The notes under the pieces are model-generated. The model made no database searches. It was not told the origin of the DNA and worked only from the letters and a program-made list of their open reading frames with translations. A stretch of DNA of 64,000 nucleotides from positions 225 through 64,224 of the forward strand of contig JBIKTR010000010.1 in NCBI GenBank assembly GCA_044348005.1. Reading direction: 5' to 3'. Shown here one piece after another: positions 27,853 through 36,877 of this stretch. How positions within the stretch are numbered: position 1 is the first letter of the stretch; each line of letters begins with the position of its first letter. Position numbers and translations under genes: made by a program. The stretch comes from Vampirovibrionales bacterium (GTDB lineage: Bacteria > Cyanobacteriota > Vampirovibrionia > Vampirovibrionales > JAJTHC01).

Positions 27853-28860
27853 TCACACCAAGTGAAACGCCTGACGCACCTTGCTTAGCGTCGCCCCTGC
27901 TTTTTCACGCGCCACGGCATTGCCGGCTTCAATAATTGCTTCCACCTGACTAAGATCTTGCGCGTAATGGGCACGACGTTCACGAAGGGGGCGAAGCTGT
28001 TCATTCACCACTTCAGCCAACTGTTTTTTGCAATCCATACAGCCTCGAAGTCCCCCACGGCATTCGCTGGCCACTGTTTCACAGGTCGGGAGATCCGTAA
28101 AGGTTTGGTACCAAGGGAATACGGCAACACAGTCATTCGGCTCACCAGGGTCTGTTTTTTTAAGGCGCTTGGCGTCGGTCACGGCGGTTTTAATGGCTTG
28201 CAGGGTTTGATCTTCAGAAAAAGCGAGTTCAATACTGTTGTGATAGGATTTCGACATTTTACGGCCATCTAAGCCAATAACCGAAGGCGTTTCGCTCAAT
28301 AGGGGACGAGGTTCTTGGAAAATAGAGGTGCCTGTCAGATGGTTAAAGCGCCGCGCAATATCCCGAGACATTTCTAAATGCGCCAGTTGATCTTTACCCA
28401 CAGGCACAAGGCTCCCCCCCACCGCCAGAATATCCGCCGTTTGCAGAACAGGGTAGCCCAACAACCCGTAATTCAGTTCTTCTGTACCAACCATGTCCTT
28501 CAAGGTGGGGTCGGTTTCGCACCATTTGCTCGGCGTAATCATGGAAAGAAGCAGGTGAAGTTCGGCAATTTCAGGCACGGCCGATTGAAAGTACAACGTC
28601 GCCTTGCTCGGATCAATCCCCGCCCCCAGCCAATCGAGCACAATGTGTTGACGATATTCGGGCAAATGCACTGTGTCTTCATATTTAGTAGTCAGCGAAT
28701 GCCAATCCGCGACCATTAAAAAGCAGGTGTACGTGTCTTGAAGCGTCACCCAATTCCGTAACACGCCCATGTAATGCCCCAGGTGCAAGCGACCCGTGGC
28801 CCTCATCCCCGACATCACCACCAGAGGGGCATTCGTTGTTTCTTTAATTGATTCAGACAT
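27853..28860 (-). CDS. trpS: tryptophan--tRNA ligase
   Basis: Class I HIGH motif (TGRLHLGHYMG) and KMSKS. 335 aa. Confidence 0.9.
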   Translation of the reverse strand: MSESIKETTNAPLVVMSGMRATGRLHLGHYMGVLRNWVTLQDTYTCFLMVADWHSLTTKYEDTVHLPEYRQHIVLDWLGAGIDPSKATLYFQSAVPEIAELHLLLSMITPSKWCETDPTLKDMVGTEELNYGLLGYPVLQTADILAVGGSLVPVGKDQLAHLEMSRDIARRFNHLTGTSIFQEPRPLLSETPSVIGLDGRKMSKSYHNSIELAFSEDQTLQAIKTAVTDAKRLKKTDPGEPNDCVAVFPWYQTFTDLPTCETVASECRGGLRGCMDCKKQLAEVVNEQLRPLRERRAHYAQDLSQVEAIIEAGNAVAREKAGATLSKVRQAFHLV

Positions 28861-28914
28861 GGAACAATCCTTTTTAGACCATATCCCCTATTCTAGCATG
28901 AAAGCCCCACTTGG

Positions 28915-29511
28915 CTAAACATCTGATTCAAGATGCACCGTTTCAGGCATGTATACCGACCACGTCGTGGCTTCGTCATGCAAGGTGTTTTCTAAAATGG
29001 CGAATTCCATTAAAGCATCCGTGAAGTTGGCGCCATTGAGCGTGGCCCCTGTGAAGTTGGTGTCGTTTAAGGTGGCCCCTTCAAACAGGGCGTCGCTCAA
29101 ATCGGCTTCTAAAAAGCTGGCTTGATTCAGATCCGCATGGCTAAAGTTGGCTTCTTGGGCGTTGACCCCTTCTAAGACGCATTGTGCCATCATACAATGG
29201 CTAAAATCCGCTTCGGTTAAATCGGCGTGAAAGAACTGCGTGCCAAAGCATTCTGATTCTCCAAGATCGGCCAAGACCAACACGGCGTCGTGCAAAAGGG
29301 TTTCTTCAAAATCACAGTGGTGCAAAATACAGTTTGAAAAGTTAATGCCAGAAAGGTTTAAGCCACGAAACGAAGAGTCGCTTAAATCTAAGGATTCAAA
29401 GCCTTGGCTTCGGCGGAGTTCGTTGAAGGTTGCAACGGCACGGGGTTGGTAAAGTAGCTCAATCCAGTCTTGCTTGTGGGTAGGCAGTGGGGGTAAGGAT
29501 TGTTCAGTCAA
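28915..29511 (-). CDS. pentapeptide-repeat protein
   Basis: Long run of A(D/N)LxX pentapeptide repeats. The track ORF start (29622) reads through tRNA-Asn, so start moved to a TTG preceded by AGGGGG (position hand-derived). Confidence 0.55.
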   Translation of the reverse strand: MTEQSLPPLPTHKQDWIELLYQPRAVATFNELRRSQGFESLDLSDSSFRGLNLSGINFSNCILHHCDFEETLLHDAVLVLADLGESECFGTQFFHADLTEADFSHCMMAQCVLEGVNAQEANFSHADLNQASFLEADLSDALFEGATLNDTNFTGATLNGANFTDALMEFAILENTLHDEATTWSVYMPETVHLESDV

Positions 29512-29564
29512 GGAGACGCCCCCTGTTTCGCAAGAATCACACAACAACACGAAAAAAGAAAAAA

Positions 29565-29636
29565 CTCCCCAGGTAGGATTCGAACCTACAACCTGTCGAT
29601 TAACAGTCGAATGCTCCACCATTGAGCTACTGAGGA
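29565..29636 (-). tRNA. tRNA-Asn (anticodon GUU)
   Basis: Reverse-complement folds: acceptor TCCTCAG/CTGGGGA. D-arm GCTCAATGGTGGAGC. Anticodon loop CTGTTAA. T-arm GTAGG-TTCGAAT-CCTAC. CCA not encoded. Confidence 0.8.
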
Positions 29637-29819
29637 ATGAACGATATTGGACTATAACTTTTTAACGATTCATGCACAGATGAAGACGCAAAAGAGCTAT
29701 GAATTGTTTAACTAATCTTTTACTATAATACTCAATAAACGAGGCTTGGCAAGTACTTTTTGCGTGAAGTCCTTAATTTGATTGAAGTATTTCGGCTTGT
29801 TTGCACGAAAATGAAAGAA

Positions 29820-29894
29820 TCGGGAAGACAGGATTCGAACCTGCGACCCTCTGTTCCCAAAACAGATGCGCTACCAAGCTGCGCCACTTCCCGA
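29820..29894 (-). tRNA. tRNA-Pro (anticodon UGG)
   Basis: Reverse-complement folds: acceptor TCGGGAA/TTCCCGA. Anticodon stem TCTGT/ACAGA with loop TTTGGGA. T-arm GCAGG-TTCGAAT-CCTGT. Confidence 0.8.
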
Positions 29895-29995
29895 TTTATG
29901 CGAATGTGTTCTTATGTTAGTGTAAACATATTTCAAGCACAATCGAAAAAGTAAAGTGTATTTCCTTCAGGCAGGGGAACCCCACTGGCTATTTT

Positions 29996-30997
29996 TTAGT
30001 TAGGTTGTAAAAGGCCTGGTAAAAGTTGTACGACTTCACCGTTTCTGTACACTAAATGTGGGTACCTATGCTTGGGAACACGGAATCTAGTGTTCCAACT
30101 AAATCCACCACTTTGTTCGTTAGGGGGCAATACAAAAATTTTCTTATCAATCAGGTATCTCATTTCACCATAAGGAACGGAAGAAGAATCCCATTTTTTG
30201 GCATGAGGCAAATAGCTTACTACCCCTGTTTCGAGATTGGAAACACAGTAGTATCCCTTTTTTTCTTCTACACGAAGTTCAGGATGTTCCCTAAGCAACG
30301 CCGTAAAATTAGGCGCCCTGTTGTGTTCGCGTGCTAAATAAAGTTCGTTATCCACCAATTCAGCTAATGGGTTTATGGGTTTACCGTTTAATAAATACCC
30401 CCCATTGAAGGTCACCCCTTCTTGTTTTAACACTTCTGCGATGTTAGCGCGTTTCACTATGGGATCATTTTTAAAAGGTCTACGCCATCTAAAACCACGC
30501 TTTAATGAACCCTCACTAGATTCAGGAATGCCATGGGGATTACCCCCTGTATAGCTGACTTCAGGTATAGACGCTTTCACGGCTTCAGCTTGTTTTGCCA
30601 GCGCTTCTTCCAGTTCGGCTACCTTATTTTGAAATGCTTTATTTTGAGTGGCATCTTCCCAAAACTTCCAGTTGCGGTTGCGAATGCCCAAGCCCGCAAT
30701 GATTAAAGCCGCCACGCCCCCTGCTGCAATGAGTAGGTTTTTGGGGGTAAGGTACTGTTGAACGGGATCGGACGCCGGCTGTTCACCCGAAACAGCAGAT
30801 GTTGCCTGCGTTGTTGGGTTGACTTCAACAGGCGAGGCAAGGTTTGGTGAAGTGGAAGCGGGGCGCGAATACGCATTAAACGACTGAGACGGATTGATGG
30901 GAAGGCTCATGGAAACAAAACTCCTGTAAATGGGTTGGGTAAAGGGGTGCACTATATACATTAAACCGCGCACAACACTTTTTGTGCTACCCCCCAA
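29996..30997 (-). CDS. hypothetical single-pass membrane protein (disordered N-terminus, TM, ~230-aa C-terminal domain)
   Basis: N-terminal S/P/T/Q-rich ~80 aa. TM LLIAAGGVAALIIAGLGI. Coiled-coil segment. C-terminal globular region. No known motif. Confidence 0.4.
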   Translation of the reverse strand: MGGSTKSVVRGLMYIVHPFTQPIYRSFVSMSLPINPSQSFNAYSRPASTSPNLASPVEVNPTTQATSAVSGEQPASDPVQQYLTPKNLLIAAGGVAALIIAGLGIRNRNWKFWEDATQNKAFQNKVAELEEALAKQAEAVKASIPEVSYTGGNPHGIPESSEGSLKRGFRWRRPFKNDPIVKRANIAEVLKQEGVTFNGGYLLNGKPINPLAELVDNELYLAREHNRAPNFTALLREHPELRVEEKKGYYCVSNLETGVVSYLPHAKKWDSSSVPYGEMRYLIDKKIFVLPPNEQSGGFSWNTRFRVPKHRYPHLVYRNGEVVQLLPGLLQPN

Positions 30998-31051
30998 GAA
31001 CGAAAATACCCGCCTTGCAACAGGCGGGTATTTTTTGTAGGCATCTTCTGA

Positions 31052-32323
31052 CTAGAAACTAACATCCCCTAAATCGGCTAGAGTAGTACCTAACTGAACA
31101 ATCGGTTTTTCAGTTCCTACTTGAGGATGTAAGACTTTTGGGGTACCAAACTGAGCTGTTAACTCAGCTTTTTCTTCTGGTTTAGCAGATTTCAACAATC
31201 TATAGTATTCTGTCAACTGATCACTATTAAGTTGACGACCATCGGCTCCGACGAATGAGATAGCGTCCTTATTCCCTTCATTTCTGATAAAACTACTATT
31301 GGGAATTAATACTTCGGACGTTCCACTACCGGGAGCTTTTGGTTTAAGCTTGTAGCCATCAGCATTTTTTACAAGCTCTAATTTAAATTTGGCTGCTACA
31401 GCTTTTGCTCGTTCGAAACCTTCTTTAGATTGGTCTGCACGTAAAGTGGCAATAACAGTTTCTTGCTGTTTAGGCAATTCCGTGCCAGATACAAATCTTA
31501 CAATGGCAGTTTTATCACCACTTTTACTATGAGTAGTTACACCTGTAACCTGATACTTACCAGTGGCTAATTGAGCTTTAGCAAAGGCATCATCAGCTCC
31601 TGCTTCATGTAAACTTCTGACTAATTCGGCACTTCCAGGGTCCATTTTAGCAGTTACAAATTCAGTATCTCCTATTTTGAAAGGTGTAAATTTGCCATCA
31701 GTTTGCCTAATACCTTTATAAACAGAAGTATTTGGTTCGAAAGCTATGTTGTGCTGATGCCCGAGAAGTTTGTCAAGTTCTGCTTTTGGCAGCAGGTTTT
31801 CCAAACTTGAACGCAACAAAGCATCATTTCCTGCTTCTTGTTGTATACGTTTATTGCAGATGTCTACAATATCATCAGCGGTATGAGTGCTATCGATCTT
31901 TATACCGAACAATTCAGCAACGGCTTTTTGCGCATCATCGACGGCCTTCGTCGCAGCCGTAGCAACTTTCTGGCCCGCCTCAGCGACCGCCTCGCCTGCT
32001 TTAGGTGCAGCTTCAGCTACCGTCTTAGATACTTCAGCTCCGCCTCTACCTCTAGTTGCCAGCCAATAGATTGCTGATGCTCCACCAGCCGCTAAAGCAC
32101 CCCAAGCCAACCAGTTGGGTTTAGCCTTTTTTTCTACTTCTGGTGCGGTGGCTAGTGCTGTGGATGAGGTGTAGGCGTCCGCAGGTTGGGCCGTCAACGC
32201 TGTTGCATCTGGTGTTGCTACAGCAGTCGTTGGTTGTTCGGCAGGAACGGCCGTGGCGTCAGCAGTAGGCTGAGCCCCGTTTCGTGCATATAGTGGGTAA
32301 CTTTGACTAACTTGAGAGATCAT
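31052..32323 (-). CDS. hypothetical single-pass membrane protein with A/T/P-rich N-terminus
   Basis: N-terminal low-complexity ~75 aa. TM WLAWGALAAGGASAIYWLA. ~330-aa C-terminal domain. No known motif. Confidence 0.4.
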   Translation of the reverse strand: MISQVSQSYPLYARNGAQPTADATAVPAEQPTTAVATPDATALTAQPADAYTSSTALATAPEVEKKAKPNWLAWGALAAGGASAIYWLATRGRGGAEVSKTVAEAAPKAGEAVAEAGQKVATAATKAVDDAQKAVAELFGIKIDSTHTADDIVDICNKRIQQEAGNDALLRSSLENLLPKAELDKLLGHQHNIAFEPNTSVYKGIRQTDGKFTPFKIGDTEFVTAKMDPGSAELVRSLHEAGADDAFAKAQLATGKYQVTGVTTHSKSGDKTAIVRFVSGTELPKQQETVIATLRADQSKEGFERAKAVAAKFKLELVKNADGYKLKPKAPGSGTSEVLIPNSSFIRNEGNKDAISFVGADGRQLNSDQLTEYYRLLKSAKPEEKAELTAQFGTPKVLHPQVGTEKPIVQLGTTLADLGDVSF

Positions 32324-32461
32324 TATCTTTCTTCCTTATGATTTTACATTTATCGTAAATAAACCAGTCTTTACAAAACAAACATCTTGCAAATACTTTA
32401 CATGAAACAAAAAACCTATACTAGCATTAAATCGAATCCGCTTAGTTCTGTGCTAGCTTCA

Positions 32462-33919
32462 TTACGGATTTGTTACATTTGCTGTTTCAAACCCTTTTTT
32501 CGCCAATAAGGCGTCTTTGGCCACACGTTCAAAGGCTTTAACGCCTTTTTCAACTGGCTGGTTTTCGTAATCTTGTAATCCTCCTTTCAAAAATAAATTA
32601 ATTTGTGGGTAATTGTAGAGTTGCTTGTTGATTTTAAAGCTTTCAATGGTTTTTTTGTCGGCTTCGGTGTTGCCGTACTTGGCGGGGTTCTTTATGGCGT
32701 CGTACTGCCTGGCGTGGGCCGTTTCATGCACCAGTTGCGTCACCAGTTGCGCCAGTACATATTGATTCAATTTTTCGCCACTGTAACCGGCTTGCGTGCC
32801 TTTAATTAAAAAGCTTCGAATCGCGGGTGCAAAAATGTTGATGGTATTGTTGTTGGGGTTGAACAGGGCAAGGGTTGAACCGCCGTCCATGCTTTTGGGT
32901 TGAATGGCAAGCTTAACCCCTTCTACGCCAAAAGCCTTGCTAATATGGGCTTGAAGGGGGGCGAGGGCTTCGGTGATTTTTGAAGCATCGGGGTTGCCAA
33001 AGTCGGCTTTTTTGGCGGCTGAGTCAAAGGCGCTGGTAAAACCTGTTGAACTCAGCGTCGAAGTTAAGCGACTCACCACCGCTGCATCGCTACTTAAGCC
33101 ACTGCTGGTGGTGGAAGCATCCACCAAGTCGAAATTGCGGGCGGAAGGGTCTACTTCACTGGCTTGCACGGCGCGCGTTTGCACTTGTAAACGGCCTTGT
33201 GCGTCCACGCGAATGACGTTTTGTTTGACGCAATAGCGTTCCACAACATTGGTTTTACCCGTTTTTTTGGGGTCTTTGGCATCGGTGAGCCGTTGTTTTT
33301 CCGCAGAATACGTCACATAGCTTTGCGTAGACGCGTCATAATCAGGCATTTCTCCGTTGTTGCCCAAAATCCCCAGCTTGATCTTCGCTTCTTCTTTAGT
33401 TTGTGAACTGTTGAGTTCTTCGTAACTGGCGCGTAATAAGGCGTTAAGCGCTTGGGCCTCTTGTGGTTTAAATTCGGTAATGTTTTTTGCCTTGGCCGCT
33501 TCCACGCTAGAAACTTCAAAGCCATTGGTCAAATGGTATTTAATGCCAGCTTGTGTTGTTTCATCTAAGCCTAGGGCTTTGGCTGTTTCTATAAAATACG
33601 CTTGAAGCTGTTTGTTTTCTTCGGCCACGTCACACGGTGCGGTGGATTCTTTTGCTTCTTCTTGGCCGCTGCGTTGGAGGCTAGGCAGTGTCGGTGCCTG
33701 TGGAGTCGCTTGAAATTGTGGCGTCTGGGGTTGCCATTGCGAAGTGCTAGGCAGTTGAAAGTCTTGCATGTAAGGGTTCAAGGCGGCTGGGTTGTAGGCA
33801 AAGGGCGAATCAACCGCAGGGATTGATTGGTTAAACAAGGCTTGGCCGTATTGGCCGTACAAGTCTTGTTGGGCCTGTGCTTGTTGTGCAAATGTAATGC
33901 CTGACGTTATCTCGTTCAT
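32462..33919 (-). CDS. hypothetical protein with Q-rich N-terminus and C-terminal HExxH (putative zinc metallopeptidase) motif
   Basis: N-terminal Q/P-rich ~90 aa. C-terminal LVTQLVHETAHARQYDA contains an HExxH in a hydrophobic helix context. Confidence 0.4.
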   Translation of the reverse strand: MNEITSGITFAQQAQAQQDLYGQYGQALFNQSIPAVDSPFAYNPAALNPYMQDFQLPSTSQWQPQTPQFQATPQAPTLPSLQRSGQEEAKESTAPCDVAEENKQLQAYFIETAKALGLDETTQAGIKYHLTNGFEVSSVEAAKAKNITEFKPQEAQALNALLRASYEELNSSQTKEEAKIKLGILGNNGEMPDYDASTQSYVTYSAEKQRLTDAKDPKKTGKTNVVERYCVKQNVIRVDAQGRLQVQTRAVQASEVDPSARNFDLVDASTTSSGLSSDAAVVSRLTSTLSSTGFTSAFDSAAKKADFGNPDASKITEALAPLQAHISKAFGVEGVKLAIQPKSMDGGSTLALFNPNNNTINIFAPAIRSFLIKGTQAGYSGEKLNQYVLAQLVTQLVHETAHARQYDAIKNPAKYGNTEADKKTIESFKINKQLYNYPQINLFLKGGLQDYENQPVEKGVKAFERVAKDALLAKKGFETANVTNP

Positions 33920-34049
33920 GGGTCGTCCTAAAAGGGTCTATGATGTGCTAAACTATAAAAAACAGTTGTCAAAAGCATAAAGACATTTAGCGCCTAATTT
34001 TGTGCTAGTGTAGTGTATACTCGTTTGTTTAAATAAAAAAAGGAACCCC

Positions 34050-35549
34050 ATGACCCCCCGCGTTTTAATTGTTGGAGATGAGCTTGAAGCCTGCGTAAGC
34101 GCCTGCGTATTGGGTCGGCAGGGGGTGGAAGTCACGCTGTTGCGTCGCAGTACGGGCATGCTTGGCGGGCTTTCAACGCGTGGGGGCTTAAGCTACATGG
34201 ATCTCACCCCCGAGTTCATTCCCCCCATGATGCAGGCCATTCTAAATGAAGCGGGGCTAAAACGAGTGGCCCTAGAAGCTCACACGGCGGATGCTGTTCT
34301 GAAAAAACAGTTGGCCCTTGCCAAAGTCCATGTGGTGAGTGGGGTGCAAGTTCACGCCTTGATGCAGGATGCCACACGCCTTACGGGTGTTCAAGATGCC
34401 CACAGCCAACACGTCTACACCGCCGATTTTTACATGGATGCCACCCCCGATGCCACCATGGCGCGTCAAGCAGGGGTGCCCGCTTTACTCGGTTTAGGGG
34501 GCGTGTTTGGGGAAGATGAAACACTCAATGCGTTGGGCGTGAGTCCCGTGTTTCGTGTGGCGGGGTTGGATTACCAAATCTTACAACGTGCTGAAGAAGC
34601 CTTGCGTCACCGTGCGGATATGCCCGCTTTACTCGCTCTTCACATGCCTTGGTTGAACGAATCGCAACGCCACGCCCTGATTGAACGCCCCACCTACGCC
34701 CCTGAAGAGTCCGATTATTTGGATATTCTCAATAACGTCATTGGCGTGGCTTTTCATCACTGGAAATATGCGCAAGCCCCCTCTTGCGTTCCTTATGAAT
34801 CGGCCCCGTTTTGGGTGGATGGCTTTAATATCGCCCGTTTAAACGACGGCACACTCGGCTTTAACGGCCTTGTCACCCGCATGCCTTTGCCTCAGCAAGT
34901 TCTCGCTTCTGAAGAAGGGCAGCCCCCAACGGAAGAAATGTTCGCTGACATGGAGCGTTTTCTCGCGTTTCTCAAAGAAATCACCCACGAACCTTCGCTG
35001 GAATTACACCCCCCTGAAGAACTTTATATTCGCCACACCTACTTGCTTGAAGCCCAAAAAAACATCACAGCGCGTGACGTCTTTCTAGGCGGGGTGGACG
35101 CTTCAAAGAGTGTGGGAACCTTTAGTTATTGGCTTGATTTTCGTGGCGTGCACCCGTGGAAGGCTTACCCAGCGTTGCATCCCTTGCCAAAGCCTGTTTT
35201 TAATGTGGGGCTTTCGGCTCATTTCCCTAAACAGGTTCAAAACTTGGCGTTTGTGGGGCGTTCTTCTGGGTTTAGTCCACTTTCACAAGGGGCGTGCCGT
35301 ATTGTGCAGTATGGCTGTATAGTAGGCGAAGCCATGGCACAGGCCCTGGCCATTGCGCTTGAACGGGGGGTGCACCCAAAAGCAGTGGAGCCGTGGTTGA
35401 TTTATCAAGCCCAAGGCCAACTAGCGAACACTTTAGGCGTGAAGAATCCACCGCGTTCAGCCGGGGTGAATACCATGACAGAGGCTTTAAGCAGTAGTGC
35501 TTTACTTCATCGAGACGACTCTATAGTATCCGCAGTATCCGCTGGATGA
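34050..35549 (+). CDS. FAD-dependent oxidoreductase family protein
   Basis: N-terminal dinucleotide-binding motif VLIVGDELEACVSACVLGRQGVEV. 499 aa. AAGGAA SD. Confidence 0.5.
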   Translation: MTPRVLIVGDELEACVSACVLGRQGVEVTLLRRSTGMLGGLSTRGGLSYMDLTPEFIPPMMQAILNEAGLKRVALEAHTADAVLKKQLALAKVHVVSGVQVHALMQDATRLTGVQDAHSQHVYTADFYMDATPDATMARQAGVPALLGLGGVFGEDETLNALGVSPVFRVAGLDYQILQRAEEALRHRADMPALLALHMPWLNESQRHALIERPTYAPEESDYLDILNNVIGVAFHHWKYAQAPSCVPYESAPFWVDGFNIARLNDGTLGFNGLVTRMPLPQQVLASEEGQPPTEEMFADMERFLAFLKEITHEPSLELHPPEELYIRHTYLLEAQKNITARDVFLGGVDASKSVGTFSYWLDFRGVHPWKAYPALHPLPKPVFNVGLSAHFPKQVQNLAFVGRSSGFSPLSQGACRIVQYGCIVGEAMAQALAIALERGVHPKAVEPWLIYQAQGQLANTLGVKNPPRSAGVNTMTEALSSSALLHRDDSIVSAVSAG

Positions 35550-35720
35550 AGAGGTCTAAGGTCTAATTATAACAGTTTGAAACTTTTTTTAAAAAACTAG
35601 CACAACTTTTTCTTTTCGGCGTGTTTAAGCTGATAAGAGATGCGTAATACCGTTTAAAGGGTATGAAATGCGCATGGATGACTTAATATATGATGTGACT
35701 AAACTGTTAAGGAAGAAAAA

Positions 35721-36749
35721 ATGTCTACTTCAAATGTGTCAACGTCTCTGAATCCAGTTATTTCTGCACGTCAACAGTTGCTTTCTGAAAAAGAACGCCT
35801 GATGAAAGAAGAAATGCTGTTAGATGAGTACGAAAAAACGCAAATGGCTTACCAAGCCATGAGCGACGCGGCCCAAGTCTTTGAACAGAAGAAAGCCGAG
35901 TATTTACAAGAAGAGTCCCAATACGAAACCCTAGGAAAGTCGATTACTATGACCCAACCCGTTACGGCAGGCAACCCTGCATCCCTTACACCCAACCCTT
36001 TAGCAAACCCTAATACAGGCGTAAATGCTCAAGCCCAAGGGGTCCCTTCTACGGCTCCTACCGCGCCTGCGGCAGGCCCCCTACCGATTGAAGCCAATTT
36101 CAACCCCAATGCGGCCGCTTATTACGGCCCCGGTGGCCCCGGTTATGGCACCAATGCCCCCTTACCTGGTGAAGGCATGCCTTATTACCAGCCTTTACCG
36201 AATGCGTCTGCCCCGAACACGCCCCCAAGTTCTGGTGTTGGCCCAACAGCAGGCGCCCCCACTCCGCAAGGCGTGCCGACTCAAGCAAGCCTTCAACAGC
36301 AAGCCCAACAAACGCCTGTGACCCCAGCGGATGTCGCTGCGTTGCGTCAGATTTTACAGATGAATCCGCAAACGGCTCCACAGGCGGCTCAAATTTCGGA
36401 TGCTGATTTGACGAAACTCCTACAAAGTGATCCTGAAATTGCGGGTGCTGTTAAAGAGTTTCAAGCCATCTCTTCAGGGGCAACGGCGCCTGCAGGGCCA
36501 GCAGGGCAACCCACCGATCCCGCGCAAGCCTTAAAGCTGGCTCAACAAAACCCTGAAGTGATGAAGCAAGCCCAAGCCATGGTGGCCAGTCTAAGCCCTC
36601 AAGAACGCGAAGCCATGATGAAGCAACTGGCCAGTGACCCTGAAGCGCAGGCGATTTTGGCTCAAATGGGCGTGAGCTTACCTGTTCAAGGTGGCTCCAC
36701 TCAATCAGGCCCCACCCCAGGTACGCCTGTGCCAGCGCCAAAAGCTTAG
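35721..36749 (+). CDS. hypothetical Pro/Ala/Gln-rich low-complexity protein
   Basis: Coiled-coil N-terminus followed by ~250 aa of P/A/Q/G-rich sequence. Followed by a rho-independent terminator. Confidence 0.4.
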   Translation: MSTSNVSTSLNPVISARQQLLSEKERLMKEEMLLDEYEKTQMAYQAMSDAAQVFEQKKAEYLQEESQYETLGKSITMTQPVTAGNPASLTPNPLANPNTGVNAQAQGVPSTAPTAPAAGPLPIEANFNPNAAAYYGPGGPGYGTNAPLPGEGMPYYQPLPNASAPNTPPSSGVGPTAGAPTPQGVPTQASLQQQAQQTPVTPADVAALRQILQMNPQTAPQAAQISDADLTKLLQSDPEIAGAVKEFQAISSGATAPAGPAGQPTDPAQALKLAQQNPEVMKQAQAMVASLSPQEREAMMKQLASDPEAQAILAQMGVSLPVQGGSTQSGPTPGTPVPAPKA

Positions 36750-36811
36750 GTTTCATACCTATCCATTCATTCTCTCTCTCTCTCTCTCAACATATATCAC
36801 CATATATGTAC

Positions 36812-36843
36812 AGGCGTGTTTTCAAACAACACGCCTTTTTTTT
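36812..36843 (+). terminator. rho-independent terminator (9-bp perfect stem AGGCGTGTT/AACACGCCT followed by T8)
   Basis: Stem-loop and T-run read directly, downstream of the 35721..36749 CDS. A (TC)n tract at 36765..36790 precedes it. Confidence 0.6.
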
Positions 36844-36877
36844 ATATATACTATTCTATAAATAAAATACGATCAAA

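Noticed and set aside
28915-29622. Track ORF start for the pentapeptide-repeat protein (MVEHSTVNRQVVGSNPT…)
   Set aside because: The first ~20 codons are the reverse-strand tRNA-Asn sequence read as protein. A protein gene cannot overlap the tRNA this way, so the start was moved downstream.
29565-29894. tRNA-Asn/tRNA-Pro as an integration site of a genomic island with att repeats
   Set aside because: No integrase or recombinase gene, and no direct repeat of either tRNA 3' end was seen in the flanks. The adjacent hypothetical genes lie on the 5' side of the tRNAs. Retained only as a weak possibility in the findings.
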